Under the pieces are notes generated by a model. It saw only the letters and a list, made by a program, of their open reading frames with translations, did not search any database and was not told the DNA's origin. From Candidatus Woesebacteria bacterium (lineage in GTDB: Bacteria; Patescibacteriota; Microgenomatia; UBA8517), in assembly GCA_013374855.1 (NCBI GenBank), contig CP055308.1:178277-242276 (forward strand): a stretch of 64,000 bases of DNA. The letters run 5' to 3'. Of the stretch, positions 9,500 to 20,322 are shown one piece after another (positions within the stretch are counted from its first letter, which is position 1; the number at the start of each line of letters is the position of its first letter). The translations under genes were made by a program, and so were the position numbers.

Positions 9500-10916
9500 T
9501 TTTCACCCCCTTTCTAAATATCTCCACAAAACGATCAATTGGAAAATACTGAACCTGACCGTCAACAAATTTCCATACTCCCTTACCCCACTCACCAGTG
9601 TAAGGATTGTAAGTACACCTGGGTTGGGGAAAATCCCATCTGGCCTCGTCTTTATCTCCCGACGTCATAGCCAACGGTCTACAATCATAACATGCATATC
9701 TATATTCACAATCTTTGCATACTAGGACATCGTCAAGAGTCTGTCTCCATATTTTTTGTGTATCTTCAGAAAAAACAATATCAGAAAGTTCTGTCTCTCT
9801 AACATTCCCCAAAACAATATTTCTAGCAAAAATACAGGGAATAACATCCCCATTGGCAGTTACTGCCAGTTTCCCCGCCAAACAGGGATTTAAATTCATA
9901 TTTCTTATAAATCCTTCCTTATCCACAGAAAAATCAGGCTCCATTCTTAACGAATATTTCACAATCGCATCAACTGACGGGAGCAAATAATTATCTCTGC
10001 CAGAACCCATAGGTCTTACCACATCTGGGGAAACACGCCCAATCCCCCAAGAAGAGACAACTCTAAGAGTCTCCTCCAGAGTCTCTTCATTTATAGACAT
10101 ACCAATAATAGCTATACGAAACGGCACACCATATTCCTGCAAAAGTTTTATCGTTTCCATTGTCTTTTTGTAACTCCCTAGACATCCCGTGACCTTGTCA
10201 TGAACCTCTGAATCCACAGAGTATAGGGATAAAGCAAAATGTAAACCCAATTCCTTGGCTTCTTTTACCTGAGGCTCGGTAATGAGTGTGCCATTAGTAA
10301 ATACTTCTACAAACTCAAAACCTCTACCAATCGCGTAATTAGCAAGATCAAGAAAACCCTTTCCTCTACTACGAAAAATCGCGGGTTCACCACCAATCAA
10401 CTGAACTCTTCGTGTTCCGCCAATATACGCTTGGTCAATCACATCCACCCATTCTTCATAACTAAGCAGGTCAGATTTTTCTAAAAACGAATTCTGTCCA
10501 AAACTACCATAACAATGAGCACACTTCAAATTACACTTGCCTGTTATCTCCAACCACAAGAAAGAAACAAAACCTGTTTCTAAATTTTCCGAATCTTCAG
10601 ACTTCTCCAAAATACTAACCTTTTTAGATTCCTCTGGTAAAATCCCTAGAGGTCTAACGTCTGAAATAAATTTTTCATCACCTCCAAACAATAAAACTTC
10701 TGCACCTTTATCGTTAAGAGAGTATACTAACCCGCGATTTGTATCATACACAGCAGCTCTGGAAGCCCCACGCACAAGATAAACTCCTTCCCTAAGTAGA
10801 AAAACTTTATCTGTCTCTCTTCTATTACTTACTGAGTGTTCTACACCCATTATAAAGTGGGCATGCCAATTATAATAATTGTGCACCAACAAGTCAACCT
10901 TAAACGCCAAAATCAC
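9480..10916 (-). CDS. Radical SAM enzyme with a C-terminal SPASM domain and an N-terminal PqqD/RRE-like region. Putative RiPP maturase. The true start may be the internal Met (MGVEHS...) at about 10850.
   Basis: CxxxCxxC (CNLKCAHCYG); Cys-rich C-terminus (CIFARN...CKDCEYRYACYDC); N-terminal YDTNRGLVYSLNDKGAEVLLF resembles PqqD-type recognition elements. Confidence 0.8.
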   Translation of the reverse strand: MILAFKVDLLVHNYYNWHAHFIMGVEHSVSNRRETDKVFLLREGVYLVRGASRAAVYDTNRGLVYSLNDKGAEVLLFGGDEKFISDVRPLGILPEESKKVSILEKSEDSENLETGFVSFLWLEITGKCNLKCAHCYGSFGQNSFLEKSDLLSYEEWVDVIDQAYIGGTRRVQLIGGEPAIFRSRGKGFLDLANYAIGRGFEFVEVFTNGTLITEPQVKEAKELGLHFALSLYSVDSEVHDKVTGCLGSYKKTMETIKLLQEYGVPFRIAIIGMSINEETLEETLRVVSSWGIGRVSPDVVRPMGSGRDNYLLPSVDAIVKYSLRMEPDFSVDKEGFIRNMNLNPCLAGKLAVTANGDVIPCIFARNIVLGNVRETELSDIVFSEDTQKIWRQTLDDVLVCKDCEYRYACYDCRPLAMTSGDKDEARWDFPQPRCTYNPYTGEWGKGVWKFVDGQVQYFPIDRFVEIFRKGVKNDERGV

Positions 10917-10950
10917 TTAAAATTAAAATGATAGATCACCCCAAATCCTG

Positions 10951-12066
<1,116 letters not shown>

Positions 12067-12090
12067 TCATTATACAACATTCAAACAGAT

Positions 12091-12119
12091 GTAAAAGGAC
12101 AGGGTCGGACCCTGTCCGC
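12091..12119 (-). terminator. Intrinsic terminator-like hairpin immediately after the pgk stop (10-bp perfect stem ggacagggtc/gaccctgtcc followed by TTTTAC on the minus strand).
   Basis: Perfect inverted repeat at 12097-12117 with a T-run on the coding (minus) strand. Confidence 0.55.
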
Positions 12120-13172
12120 TTACTTTAGAACCTTCAATCCCACAATTGTTCCTTTGGCTAAAAACTCAAGCGTTGCCCCACCACCAACCGAGACCCAATC
12201 AAACTTTTTCATAAGACCAAACATCTCAATCGCCTTTATTGTATCCCCCCCACCTGCCATTTTAAAACCAGAAGAGCTGGCAACTGCCTCAAAAATTCGC
12301 TTCGTTCCAAGACGATGTCCTTGATCTTCATATCTTCCTATGGGTCCAATAAGAGCAATGGTCTTCGCTCTTCTTATCTCTCTCTCAAACGCCTCAATTG
12401 AACGAATTGTTATATCTTCTTTATCGGGGTTTAATCTTGCCACCAGAAAACGATTGTCTAATCTATATTTTGAATTATCAGGCAAATATTCTGGAAACCT
12501 ACCTCCTATTAAAATCATATCAAAAACACAAGCCAGATCATCAAGATAGGAAAGTTTATCTTTCTTGGTGCCGCTTATGATAAGAATTGATGGTCTTTGA
12601 GGGTTCTCCAAAAGCATGGAAAGATTCTTTACTTCTTTAACAAACCAGTCCCCAAAAGCAAACGGGAGTTTTCGTGGCAAAAGAGTAATTGAGGCGTGAT
12701 CTCTGTGAGATGAGGCAAAAGCCTCATTCACATAAAAAGACCCAAAAGAGCAAAGCTGTTCTGCAAAAGATATGTCTTTTTTCTCCTCCCCTTGCCAAAA
12801 ACGAAGATTTTCAAGAAGAAAGATACCATCAGAGGATAACTCTAGCGTCTTCTTAATTTCTTCAAAACTAAGACTTTTGATAAAAACAATCTTTTTCTTC
12901 AAAACATTCTCAAGTGGAGAAACCAAAGGAGACAAACTTAAATTCTCATCAAATTTTCCAGCAGGCCTACCCCGGTGAGCAAGCAAAAGCAAAGACAAAG
13001 CCCCCTTTTCAAAAAGAAGATCAACCGTAGGCTTAATTACTTGAAGCCTCAAGTTTTTCTCAGGTGGAGTGGGGTTGTTCCCATCTTCTTCCAAAACAGC
13101 GTCAAGATCCACTCTCACAAGTCCTCTTTTACCTTTTACATCAATGTCATCAATCGTAGGCAGATTCAACAT
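12120..13172 (-). CDS. pgk: Phosphoglycerate kinase.
   Basis: ENLRFWQGEE, AFASSHRDHASI, GGGDT, GGGATLEFL. Confidence 0.85.
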   Translation of the reverse strand: MLNLPTIDDIDVKGKRGLVRVDLDAVLEEDGNNPTPPEKNLRLQVIKPTVDLLFEKGALSLLLLAHRGRPAGKFDENLSLSPLVSPLENVLKKKIVFIKSLSFEEIKKTLELSSDGIFLLENLRFWQGEEKKDISFAEQLCSFGSFYVNEAFASSHRDHASITLLPRKLPFAFGDWFVKEVKNLSMLLENPQRPSILIISGTKKDKLSYLDDLACVFDMILIGGRFPEYLPDNSKYRLDNRFLVARLNPDKEDITIRSIEAFEREIRRAKTIALIGPIGRYEDQGHRLGTKRIFEAVASSSGFKMAGGGDTIKAIEMFGLMKKFDWVSVGGGATLEFLAKGTIVGLKVLK

Positions 13173-13640
13173 TTAATTATTGGCTTCTATTTCTTTAATT
13201 TCCTCAATTCTTCTTTTGTGTCTTTCCTTACCAGAAAAGGGCGTTTCAAGAAAAGCTTCAACAATAGAAAGAAGTTCTTTCTCATCAACAAAATCACAAG
13301 CAACAGAAAGAATATTAATATCATCATCCCTTCGTGCAGCCTTAACCTGAAGTTCGTTTATTCCAAGACCACAACGAATATTGTCAAATTTGTTGGCAAC
13401 TATATCCATACCCACCCCTGATCCGCAAAACAATATACCCCTACTTTCTGAATCATAAGCTACCATCGAGGCAACCTTTTCAGCAAAGAAAGGATAATCA
13501 TCATCAGGATTATAGGAATCAGCTCCCATATCCTCAAAAGTGTAGCCTTTCTCAAAAAGAAACCTAGCAACCCTTTCTTTTAGTTTGTAACCCCTATGAT
13601 CCGCTCCTAAATAAATTTTCATAGAGTCAGTAAAAACCAC
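13173..13640 (-). CDS. rpiB: Ribose-5-phosphate isomerase B.
   Basis: MKIYLGADHRGYKLKE ... CGSGVGMDIVANKF..IRCGL. Confidence 0.85.
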   Translation of the reverse strand: MVFTDSMKIYLGADHRGYKLKERVARFLFEKGYTFEDMGADSYNPDDDYPFFAEKVASMVAYDSESRGILFCGSGVGMDIVANKFDNIRCGLGINELQVKAARRDDDINILSVACDFVDEKELLSIVEAFLETPFSGKERHKRRIEEIKEIEANN

Positions 13641-14322
13641 CTGCCAACTCTTTTAATTTTTCAAAAGGATTATCTGCTAAAACAACACTTGAGGCAACAG
13701 CAACCCCAACAGCACCAAGCTCAAGGCTCTTTTTAACATCCAAGACATCAGAAATACCTGCTCCAACAATAAGAGGAATCCTAAATTTTTTAAGCAAAGA
13801 TACTGCTTGGCTAATAATTTCTGGTTTTGCCCTTGCCACAGAAGTTTCTTTGTTGCCTATAAGCTCTGGTGGTTCATAGGCAACAAAATCAGGATAAAAC
13901 GAAGCAAACTTTTCAAGGTCCTCTATACTCCCTGCAAAGACAAGGGTCTTAAGTCCAACTTCCTTTGCTCTTAACACCGCCTTTTCCAAATCAGAATCAC
14001 TTTCAAAACGAGCTTCTGAATGATTAAGAAAAACACCCGAAGCACCATCCTCTTTAACTGACTCAGCCAAAACAGCGCCTGTATGCGCACCAAACGAGAC
14101 CGGATCAATTTTTTGAGCCCACACCTCAAGTCCTATTGAATCCTTTATCTCACGAATATCTGATACCTGAACAACTGGGATAATTGCAACCTTTGTCGCA
14201 TCAGAAGCCCTTTTTATCTGATCTGCTAAGACCAATGCCCACTTTCCCGTAGATTGCCTGTAAGTCTTGAAATTAACAAAAATCATCGGAATTAGACTAA
14301 CATAAGAACATAGCAACAACAA
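13627..14322 (-). CDS. tpiA: Triosephosphate isomerase, archaeal-type (short ~230 aa form).
   Basis: IFVNFKTY start, FLNHSEAR, AYEPPELIG and GAGIS motifs match the archaeal TIM pattern rather than bacterial NWKMN/AYEPVWAIGTG. Confidence 0.8.
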   Translation of the reverse strand: MLLLCSYVSLIPMIFVNFKTYRQSTGKWALVLADQIKRASDATKVAIIPVVQVSDIREIKDSIGLEVWAQKIDPVSFGAHTGAVLAESVKEDGASGVFLNHSEARFESDSDLEKAVLRAKEVGLKTLVFAGSIEDLEKFASFYPDFVAYEPPELIGNKETSVARAKPEIISQAVSLLKKFRIPLIVGAGISDVLDVKKSLELGAVGVAVASSVVLADNPFEKLKELAGGFY

Positions 14323-14346
14323 GTGCCACTACCACAAAAGATATCA

Positions 14347-14601
14347 TTATCCTACCAACCCAAGCACCGAATCAATTTTACCCTTATCAAAACCGATAAT
14401 CATTTCCTTCGTGCCGTCATCTTTCTCTATCACCAAAAAAGGAACACCCAAGAAGCCTCCAGAAACACTTGCCATTTCCTGCCGTGCCGATTCATCCTGA
14501 TCTACCAATTTTTCCTCAAAGGCAATCTGCTTTTCCGATAAGTAATCTTTTGCCATCTTGCAATAAGGACAGGTTGTAGTCGAATAAATAATAACTTTCA
14601 A
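14347..14601 (-). CDS. Glutaredoxin-like (NrdH/Grx family) small redox protein. The start is re-assigned to a TTG preceded by AAGGAGGTG.
   Basis: CPYC active site (IIYSTTTCPYCKMAKDYL). A strong SD (aaggaggtg) lies 6 nt before the TTG at 14599-14601. The longer ATG-start ORF (to 14652) would overlap the upstream gene by 34 nt. Confidence 0.7.
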   Translation of the reverse strand: MKVIIYSTTTCPYCKMAKDYLSEKQIAFEEKLVDQDESARQEMASVSGGFLGVPFLVIEKDDGTKEMIIGFDKGKIDSVLGLVG

Positions 14602-14618
14602 GAATCTCACCTCCTTTT

Positions 14619-15335
14619 TTATGTCAAAAAAATTGCCAATAACTTTAACCACAAAGGCTCCTCAACCGCAACCACCTCTCCGGTTGAAGCTGAAACTTTG
14701 GCAACAATACTCGTGTCAAGATTGTAAAAATTAAAAATATTGATTGTCTTTTTACCAAAAATCCGATAAACAATATCTTTATTTTCCTCTGCCAATTCAA
14801 AAGGGGCTTCATCCAATTTGCTCAAAGACTTTGAACGAAGCGTAATTAAAGCAGCTTCAAGAGGCAATACCACCAAATATTTATCTCCATATGGAGTCTC
14901 CACTTGGAATCTCTTTTGTTTAGGGTTTATTTTTATAGGAAAAGGAATGTTTGCCTTAACCCCTGCCTGAACCAATGCAAACTCTCCATTTTCAAGTACA
15001 ACTTCTGCTTTTTTATTTTCTTCTTTTTCTTCTATCTGAACAACAGATTCTTTCCAATTGGTAATATCAAGAGAACTATTTTCATCAAAATAGAGGTTAT
15101 ATTTTTCCCCCTCCCTCTTTAAAACAATCTCAGCCCCCTCCGGCATTCTGTTTACCACTTTTTTAATTTCCAAGGCGCTTCCTGTCGGCAAATTAAGAGC
15201 CAGTTGAGATTGTGCCGACAAAACATTTACTGTCAAATTTCCATCGCTATCAATTCGCACAAGAGAAGAAGCAAAAACAGAAGACTGAGAAAGAAAAAAC
15301 AATATCAGAAACAAAACCAAAATTCCCTTTCGCAT
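14619..15335 (-). CDS. Hypothetical secreted protein (signal peptide).
   Basis: N-terminal signal-like segment (MRKGILVLFLILFFLSQSSVFASS). Confidence 0.5.
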   Translation of the reverse strand: MRKGILVLFLILFFLSQSSVFASSLVRIDSDGNLTVNVLSAQSQLALNLPTGSALEIKKVVNRMPEGAEIVLKREGEKYNLYFDENSSLDITNWKESVVQIEEKEENKKAEVVLENGEFALVQAGVKANIPFPIKINPKQKRFQVETPYGDKYLVVLPLEAALITLRSKSLSKLDEAPFELAEENKDIVYRIFGKKTINIFNFYNLDTSIVAKVSASTGEVVAVEEPLWLKLLAIFLT

Positions 15336-15367
15336 AAATCTAATTTATCAGTTTGAAGACTAAAAAT

Positions 15368-15862
15368 CTAGAAGGAGCCCTCAAGAACACGCTTTTCCAT
15401 TTTTGTATCATCCTTCTCCTCCAAGGTCACCAAAACTTGGTTGTAAGATGTGTAATCGGTTGATGATTCAAACTCAAGAAGATACCCTCCTTTGGCAACT
15501 CTTAAATTCCCAAGCTTTACATAAGAAAAACCAACCTCTCCTTCCTTTCCTTTTGCAAGCCAAGCCTGATAAGAACCTTCAGATGAGTCCTCAATGTCAG
15601 CTAACACAACAAGTTCAAATTTGCCATTCTCATATTTTCTGGTTGCAATACCACCAAAGCCAGATCCTGTTATATCTTTCAAATCTATCTTTTCGACACC
15701 CTCGGGTATTTCGTAGTTAAAAACCTGTTCTATTTTAGGAGAAGGAGTTGGGGTTGGAACTTCGATTGGAGTAACACGAGGCTTTTTTGTCCAAAAGATA
15801 ATACCAGCAACTATTGCAAAGATTACAAAGCCGATTACTATATCGCGCTTGTTCATTAACAA
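15368..15862 (-). CDS. Hypothetical membrane-anchored protein.
   Basis: N-terminal TM helix followed by a Pro/Thr linker. Confidence 0.5.
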   Translation of the reverse strand: MLMNKRDIVIGFVIFAIVAGIIFWTKKPRVTPIEVPTPTPSPKIEQVFNYEIPEGVEKIDLKDITGSGFGGIATRKYENGKFELVVLADIEDSSEGSYQAWLAKGKEGEVGFSYVKLGNLRVAKGGYLLEFESSTDYTSYNQVLVTLEEKDDTKMEKRVLEGSF

Positions 15863-16177
15863 TAGAATAGCAGATTAAATACTATATGTCAAATCACAAG
15901 AAAATGGCCAAATAACAACAAGACCAAAAAAAACAACAAATCTCCTACTCTTTTATAACAATTTTGATAATTTTTTCAAAACCTTCGCTTCTTTATTTTT
16001 TGTATTAATTTATTAATAAAAACTGAATTAAAAATCTTCGATTTTATTTGCTTTTCTACCCTAACCCCCATTATTTCAATTCTAAATTGAAAGCTAGAAC
16101 AACCACTCCTTTTTCTTTTTTCCCTTCACATTCAATTCCCGCATATTTAACGCAATTTTTCCGCAACGCTCAAAAAA

Positions 16178-16363
16178 CTATTCTTCAGGCTTAAAATAAA
16201 CACCAAAAAGTGCCAAGACAGCTGCCACCAAAAGCCACTGAGTTGAGGCAAGCCAAATATCAGTTCCCAGATAACCAATCGCAGACAAAACCACAGCCAA
16301 AGCTGATGATACCATCAACACAGAAGATAACATTTTCTTGTCTTTTTTCTTCACTTCTCTCAC
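16178..16363 (-). CDS. Small hypothetical membrane protein (61 aa, two TM helices).
   Basis: ORF is strongly hydrophobic. Confidence 0.3.
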   Translation of the reverse strand: MREVKKKDKKMLSSVLMVSSALAVVLSAIGYLGTDIWLASTQWLLVAAVLALFGVYFKPEE

Positions 16364-16456
16364 CCCCTTTTAATCATAATACCACAAAAAGATTATTGAC
16401 TTTAAAAAAATAAAATATAACCTTAAACTTAAAGGTCTTGTGTTCCCTATCAGGGT

Positions 16457-17371
16457 GTGGGTTTAGAACCCACAAAGGAACCTTGTGTAAATCAAGGGCT
16501 GTGCCGCAACCGTGATCCACCTAGAATGGAAAGCCGGAAAACTAGCAAGACTTTAAATCCCGAGCAGGAAAAAATGATAGAAAAACAAATTATAGACATT
16601 CTAACCTACCCGCAAAGACCCAACGCAAAAATAGCAGAAATAACCTCCGCGCTTGCCGAAAGTCAAAGAGGAACTGATGTTTACTACTATTGCCTTAGAG
16701 ACGGTGTACTCTTCTCCCCCACGCACAGGATTCCAGTAATAGATTCAACAGCCTCACCAAAAGATAAAAGACTAATAGAACAAATACAATCCTGGGCTAC
16801 AAATAACCATGAAGGAACTTCAATTTGGATTAGTCCTCCAACTGAGGCTGGCGAAACTGGTGCCAAAATAACAGTCCTTGAAATTGCCGGCAGAGAAAGA
16901 AAAACGATAAAAAACACTTCTGTACTGGTTAACCTGTCTCCCAAAGAACTACAAGAATTAATAGACTACACCATTTCTTTTTCAATTAACCCACTTGAAA
17001 AGCTAGACCCAGAAGAAGCAAGATACAGGTTAATAATTCTAAAAGAAAAAACAATTCCTCAAAATATAGAACATCTTCTCAATGGCGGATGGGAAGAACA
17101 AAAAGAAAGAATAAGAAAAGCTGTGGAAATAGTAAGGATTCAAAGAGAAAAATCCCATATCGCTGGTGTTATTTTCGCAAATTGCGCAGGAAGTTTTCCT
17201 TTAAGCTGCCCAACTATCGGTGTGAGACACTTTCCTAACAGATCAACTGAGATAGGAGCAAGGTTCCTTGAGTGCACCTGCCCATTCTGCCATCTAAAAG
17301 TTAAAGCCAGAGTAGAGGCAGGCAAGATCCACTGCCCAGTGTGCCAAAGAAGTGCCGACTACCATTGTTGA
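16457..17371 (+). CDS. Hypothetical protein with a C-terminal zinc-ribbon (CTCPFC...CPVC). The start is uncertain; internal Met candidates exist.
   Basis: C-terminal Cys4 arrangement. Confidence 0.45.
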   Translation: MGLEPTKEPCVNQGLCRNRDPPRMESRKTSKTLNPEQEKMIEKQIIDILTYPQRPNAKIAEITSALAESQRGTDVYYYCLRDGVLFSPTHRIPVIDSTASPKDKRLIEQIQSWATNNHEGTSIWISPPTEAGETGAKITVLEIAGRERKTIKNTSVLVNLSPKELQELIDYTISFSINPLEKLDPEEARYRLIILKEKTIPQNIEHLLNGGWEEQKERIRKAVEIVRIQREKSHIAGVIFANCAGSFPLSCPTIGVRHFPNRSTEIGARFLECTCPFCHLKVKARVEAGKIHCPVCQRSADYHC

Positions 17372-18549
17372 CCCCAAGAGTTTATACTAAATTCACAAAA
17401 GTGGAAAAAATCAAAAAATACCTCAAAAATAAAACTCTTATTCTTGTTTTTTCATATATAATTCTCCTTGTTGTCTCTTTTCTCTTCTCCTACTTCTTTC
17501 TTGGCAAAATAATTTTTCCCCAAGCAGAAGAAAAAGAAAAGGTATATGCCCCACCCAAAACTCCCATTGTCTACTTTGGAGAAACCCAAAGAGAAGAAAA
17601 TTCAAAAAATATTCTTCTTATCGGCTATGGCGGCGCAGGACATAGTGGAGGTTTTCTCGCTGATTCCATCATTCTTTTGCATCTTAATAAAGAAACCAAA
17701 AAAGCTTTCCTAATCTCTATTCCAAGAGATATTTGGATTAAGCTTCCCCTTGATTGGGAAAATCTTAAATGGGCAAAAATAAACGAAGCTTATGCTATTG
17801 GAATAGACGATCTTAAATACCCAAACAAAAAGCCAGAATTTAGGGGAAAGACAGGAGGAGGAAATATGGTCAAATATGCTGTAACTCAACTTACAGGTCT
17901 TGCTGTGGATTACTTTGCCGCCGTATCTTTTGATGAAATTGTAAAAATTATAGACGCATTAGGTGGAATTGAAGTTGATGTACCTGTATCATTTACTGAC
18001 GAATACTACCCAATAAAAGGCTTGGAAAACGAAACCTGTGGTAAAACACCAGAGGAAATGGAGGCTTTAAAACAAAAATACTCTGGTTTTGACCTTGAAA
18101 AGCAGTATAAATGCCGATACGAGACAATAACTTTTGAAAAAGGAAAAACAAAAATGGACGGGGCTGTAGCTCTAAAATTCGCAAGGTCTCGCCATTCAGC
18201 TACTTATGGCGGAGACTTTGCAAGATCTGAAAGACAGATGGCAATTCTTCTTGGAATAAAAGATAAACTTTTCTCACTTGATGCTCTAAGAAAGATAGAT
18301 GAACTTTTCCCCCATCTTGCATCACTTCTGACAACCGATCTTGATCTTCCCACAACTAAAGATTTGGCAAGCTTCATTGGGAATCCAAGAGAATACTTTG
18401 TTGAAAAAATCAACCTTACAACAGGAAATATACTTTCATCCTCCAAAGGCCCGCAAGGGCAATTTATTCTTGTTCCAAAAGCAGGGCCTGACAACTGGGA
18501 AGAAACAAAAAAATTTATAAGCAAATCAATAGGAAAAGAGCTAGAATAA
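17341..18549 (+). CDS. LytR-CpsA-Psr (LCP) family protein (cell-envelope polymer phosphotransferase/attenuator).
   Basis: N-terminal TM helix and an LCP core (ILLIGYGGAGHSGGFLADSIILLHL ... RDIWIKLP ... GGIEVDVP ... KFARSRH). Confidence 0.7.
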   Translation: MPKKCRLPLLTPRVYTKFTKVEKIKKYLKNKTLILVFSYIILLVVSFLFSYFFLGKIIFPQAEEKEKVYAPPKTPIVYFGETQREENSKNILLIGYGGAGHSGGFLADSIILLHLNKETKKAFLISIPRDIWIKLPLDWENLKWAKINEAYAIGIDDLKYPNKKPEFRGKTGGGNMVKYAVTQLTGLAVDYFAAVSFDEIVKIIDALGGIEVDVPVSFTDEYYPIKGLENETCGKTPEEMEALKQKYSGFDLEKQYKCRYETITFEKGKTKMDGAVALKFARSRHSATYGGDFARSERQMAILLGIKDKLFSLDALRKIDELFPHLASLLTTDLDLPTTKDLASFIGNPREYFVEKINLTTGNILSSSKGPQGQFILVPKAGPDNWEETKKFISKSIGKELE

Positions 18550-18553
18550 AAGA

Positions 18554-19327
18554 GTGCTAAACCAGATAATTACAAGCTTAATAACTATTTTTTTCATTCA
18601 AGCACTTTTTGCCTCTTGGGCAATAAGCACCAGAAGTGATAAATTAACCGATCTTTCTTATGGATTAACTTTTGTTATTACAGCCATCTCTGCTGTTTTT
18701 ATAAACTCGTCTCCCAAACTTCCACAATATGTTGTTCTTGGTGCCATAATAATTTGGGGAGCAAGGTTATCAGGCTACCTTTTCATTCGGATTCTAAAGA
18801 CTAAAAGAGACAAAAGGTTTGACAAAATAAGAGAAAACCCACTCCGTTTTGCCCAATTCTGGCTTTTTCAAGCCATCTCTATCTGGATAATTATGCTTCC
18901 TTCAATTGCTATTCTCTCGGATAAAAAAACACCTGATAACTACTATCTTTTCTTGACTGGGATAATTGTATTTCTTGTCGGACTTATCTTTGAAACAATT
19001 GCAGACTTGCAAAAATATCGCTTTAAATCAAATCCAAAAAACAAGGATAAATGGATTGAAAGCGGACTCTGGAAATATTCTCGCCACCCAAATTACTTTG
19101 GAGAAATGATTGTTTGGTGGGGACTATATATAGCAAGCATTCCCTTTGTCCAAAAGTTAAGTCCTGTTTTTGCCATAGGCCCTCTTTATATAAGCTGGCT
19201 TCTAATCAAAGTATCAGGCATTCCACTTTTGGAAAAAGAACATATGAAAAAATATAAGAACAACCCTAAATATTTAAGCTATATTAAAAGAACAAGTATT
19301 CTTATACCCTTACCTCAAAAGAGATGA
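18554..19327 (+). CDS. DUF1295 / steroid-5-alpha-reductase / ICMT-like polytopic membrane protein.
   Basis: Conserved YSRHPNYFGEMIVWWGLY motif and multiple TM helices; GTG start. Confidence 0.7.
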   Translation: MLNQIITSLITIFFIQALFASWAISTRSDKLTDLSYGLTFVITAISAVFINSSPKLPQYVVLGAIIIWGARLSGYLFIRILKTKRDKRFDKIRENPLRFAQFWLFQAISIWIIMLPSIAILSDKKTPDNYYLFLTGIIVFLVGLIFETIADLQKYRFKSNPKNKDKWIESGLWKYSRHPNYFGEMIVWWGLYIASIPFVQKLSPVFAIGPLYISWLLIKVSGIPLLEKEHMKKYKNNPKYLSYIKRTSILIPLPQKR

Positions 19328-20211
19328 TAAATTTTAATAAAAAGGAATTAGGAAAACTTTACAAACCAAGCCAGTTTTCTTCCAAGGAAGACAATGGCCA
19401 AATTACCATAATTGGGGGGTCTTCCCTCTTCCATGGAGCGCCACTTCTTGCACTAAAGGCCGCCTCAAGACTTGTAGATATTGTCTTTTTTACTTCCCCT
19501 GAAAAGAGTCTTGAAAAAACAGCATCTGCAATAAAATCAAAGCTTTTTTCTTTTATATGGATACCATGGAATGAGACAGAAGAATATATTAAAAAATCAG
19601 ACGCCATTCTAATCGGACCGGGATTCTTAAGATACAAAAAAGAAAGTCAAAAAAGGCTTTGCGAGGAAAAGGGATTGTGTGGGCAAGAAGGAGAAAAAAC
19701 AAGAAAAATAACACTTTCCCTCTTGAAAAAATTTCCCAATAAAAAGTGGGTAATTGATGCAGGAAGCTTGCAAACAATAAAAGCAAAGGATCTGCCAAAA
19801 AACACAATTATCACCCCAAACATAAAAGAATTTAATCTTTTGTTTGGACAAGAAGCAAAAATCTCAAGAGAAACAAGCAATAAAGAAAAAGCCAAAATTC
19901 TTCTTTCTCTTTCGCAAAAATACAAGATTTTCATTGCTTTAAAGGGTGCTTTAGCTCTTGTTTCATCACCAGAGAAGGTTGTGGCAATAAAAGGAGGAAA
20001 CGCAGGGCTTACAAAAGGTGGAACAGGAGATGTTCAGGCTGGAATAACAACAGCCCTATACGCTAAAAACGACGGCTTTCTCTCCGCCTGTGCTGGAGTT
20101 TATTTTGTTAAAAAAGCAGCAGAAACTCTCTACCAAGAAAAAGGTTTTGCCTATAACGCTGACGATGTGGCAGAAAAGACAGCAAAGATTGCCGGAAAAT
20201 ATATAAGATAA
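19324..20211 (+). CDS. nnr: ADP/ATP-dependent NAD(P)H-hydrate dehydratase (YjeF C-terminal domain).
   Basis: GGTGDVQAGITTAL motif and the overall carbohydrate-kinase YjeF-C pattern. Confidence 0.75.
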   Translation: MINFNKKELGKLYKPSQFSSKEDNGQITIIGGSSLFHGAPLLALKAASRLVDIVFFTSPEKSLEKTASAIKSKLFSFIWIPWNETEEYIKKSDAILIGPGFLRYKKESQKRLCEEKGLCGQEGEKTRKITLSLLKKFPNKKWVIDAGSLQTIKAKDLPKNTIITPNIKEFNLLFGQEAKISRETSNKEKAKILLSLSQKYKIFIALKGALALVSSPEKVVAIKGGNAGLTKGGTGDVQAGITTALYAKNDGFLSACAGVYFVKKAAETLYQEKGFAYNADDVAEKTAKIAGKYIR

Positions 20212-20322
20212 ATACAAAGAAAAAAGTAGCAACAAGCATCTGCTAGCAACTGATAAGCAAAGGGCAGTCAACAACAACAAACAGGTCTGACCCTGTTCAA
20301 ATAAACAAGCCACTAACAAAAA

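Noticed and set aside
9226-9517. ORFs 9226..9432 (-) and 9239..9517 (+) overlapping the Cys/Pro-rich peptide gene.
   Set aside because: Alternative frames of a codon-repetitive region. They translate to W/R/T-rich low-complexity strings. The Cys/Pro frame is the one coupled to the upstream rSAM gene.
12975-13421. Plus-strand ORF antisense to pgk/rpiB, and numerous other listed short antisense ORFs (for example 980..1249, 2519..2728, 8212..8567, 19359..19934, 23330..23593).
   Set aside because: They lie entirely within well-supported genes on the opposite strand and have low-complexity translations.
16455-16490. Hairpin gtggg-tttagaa-cccac resembling a tRNA T-arm.
   Set aside because: No matching acceptor or D/anticodon arms on either strand. 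It lies within or at the start of a protein-coding ORF.
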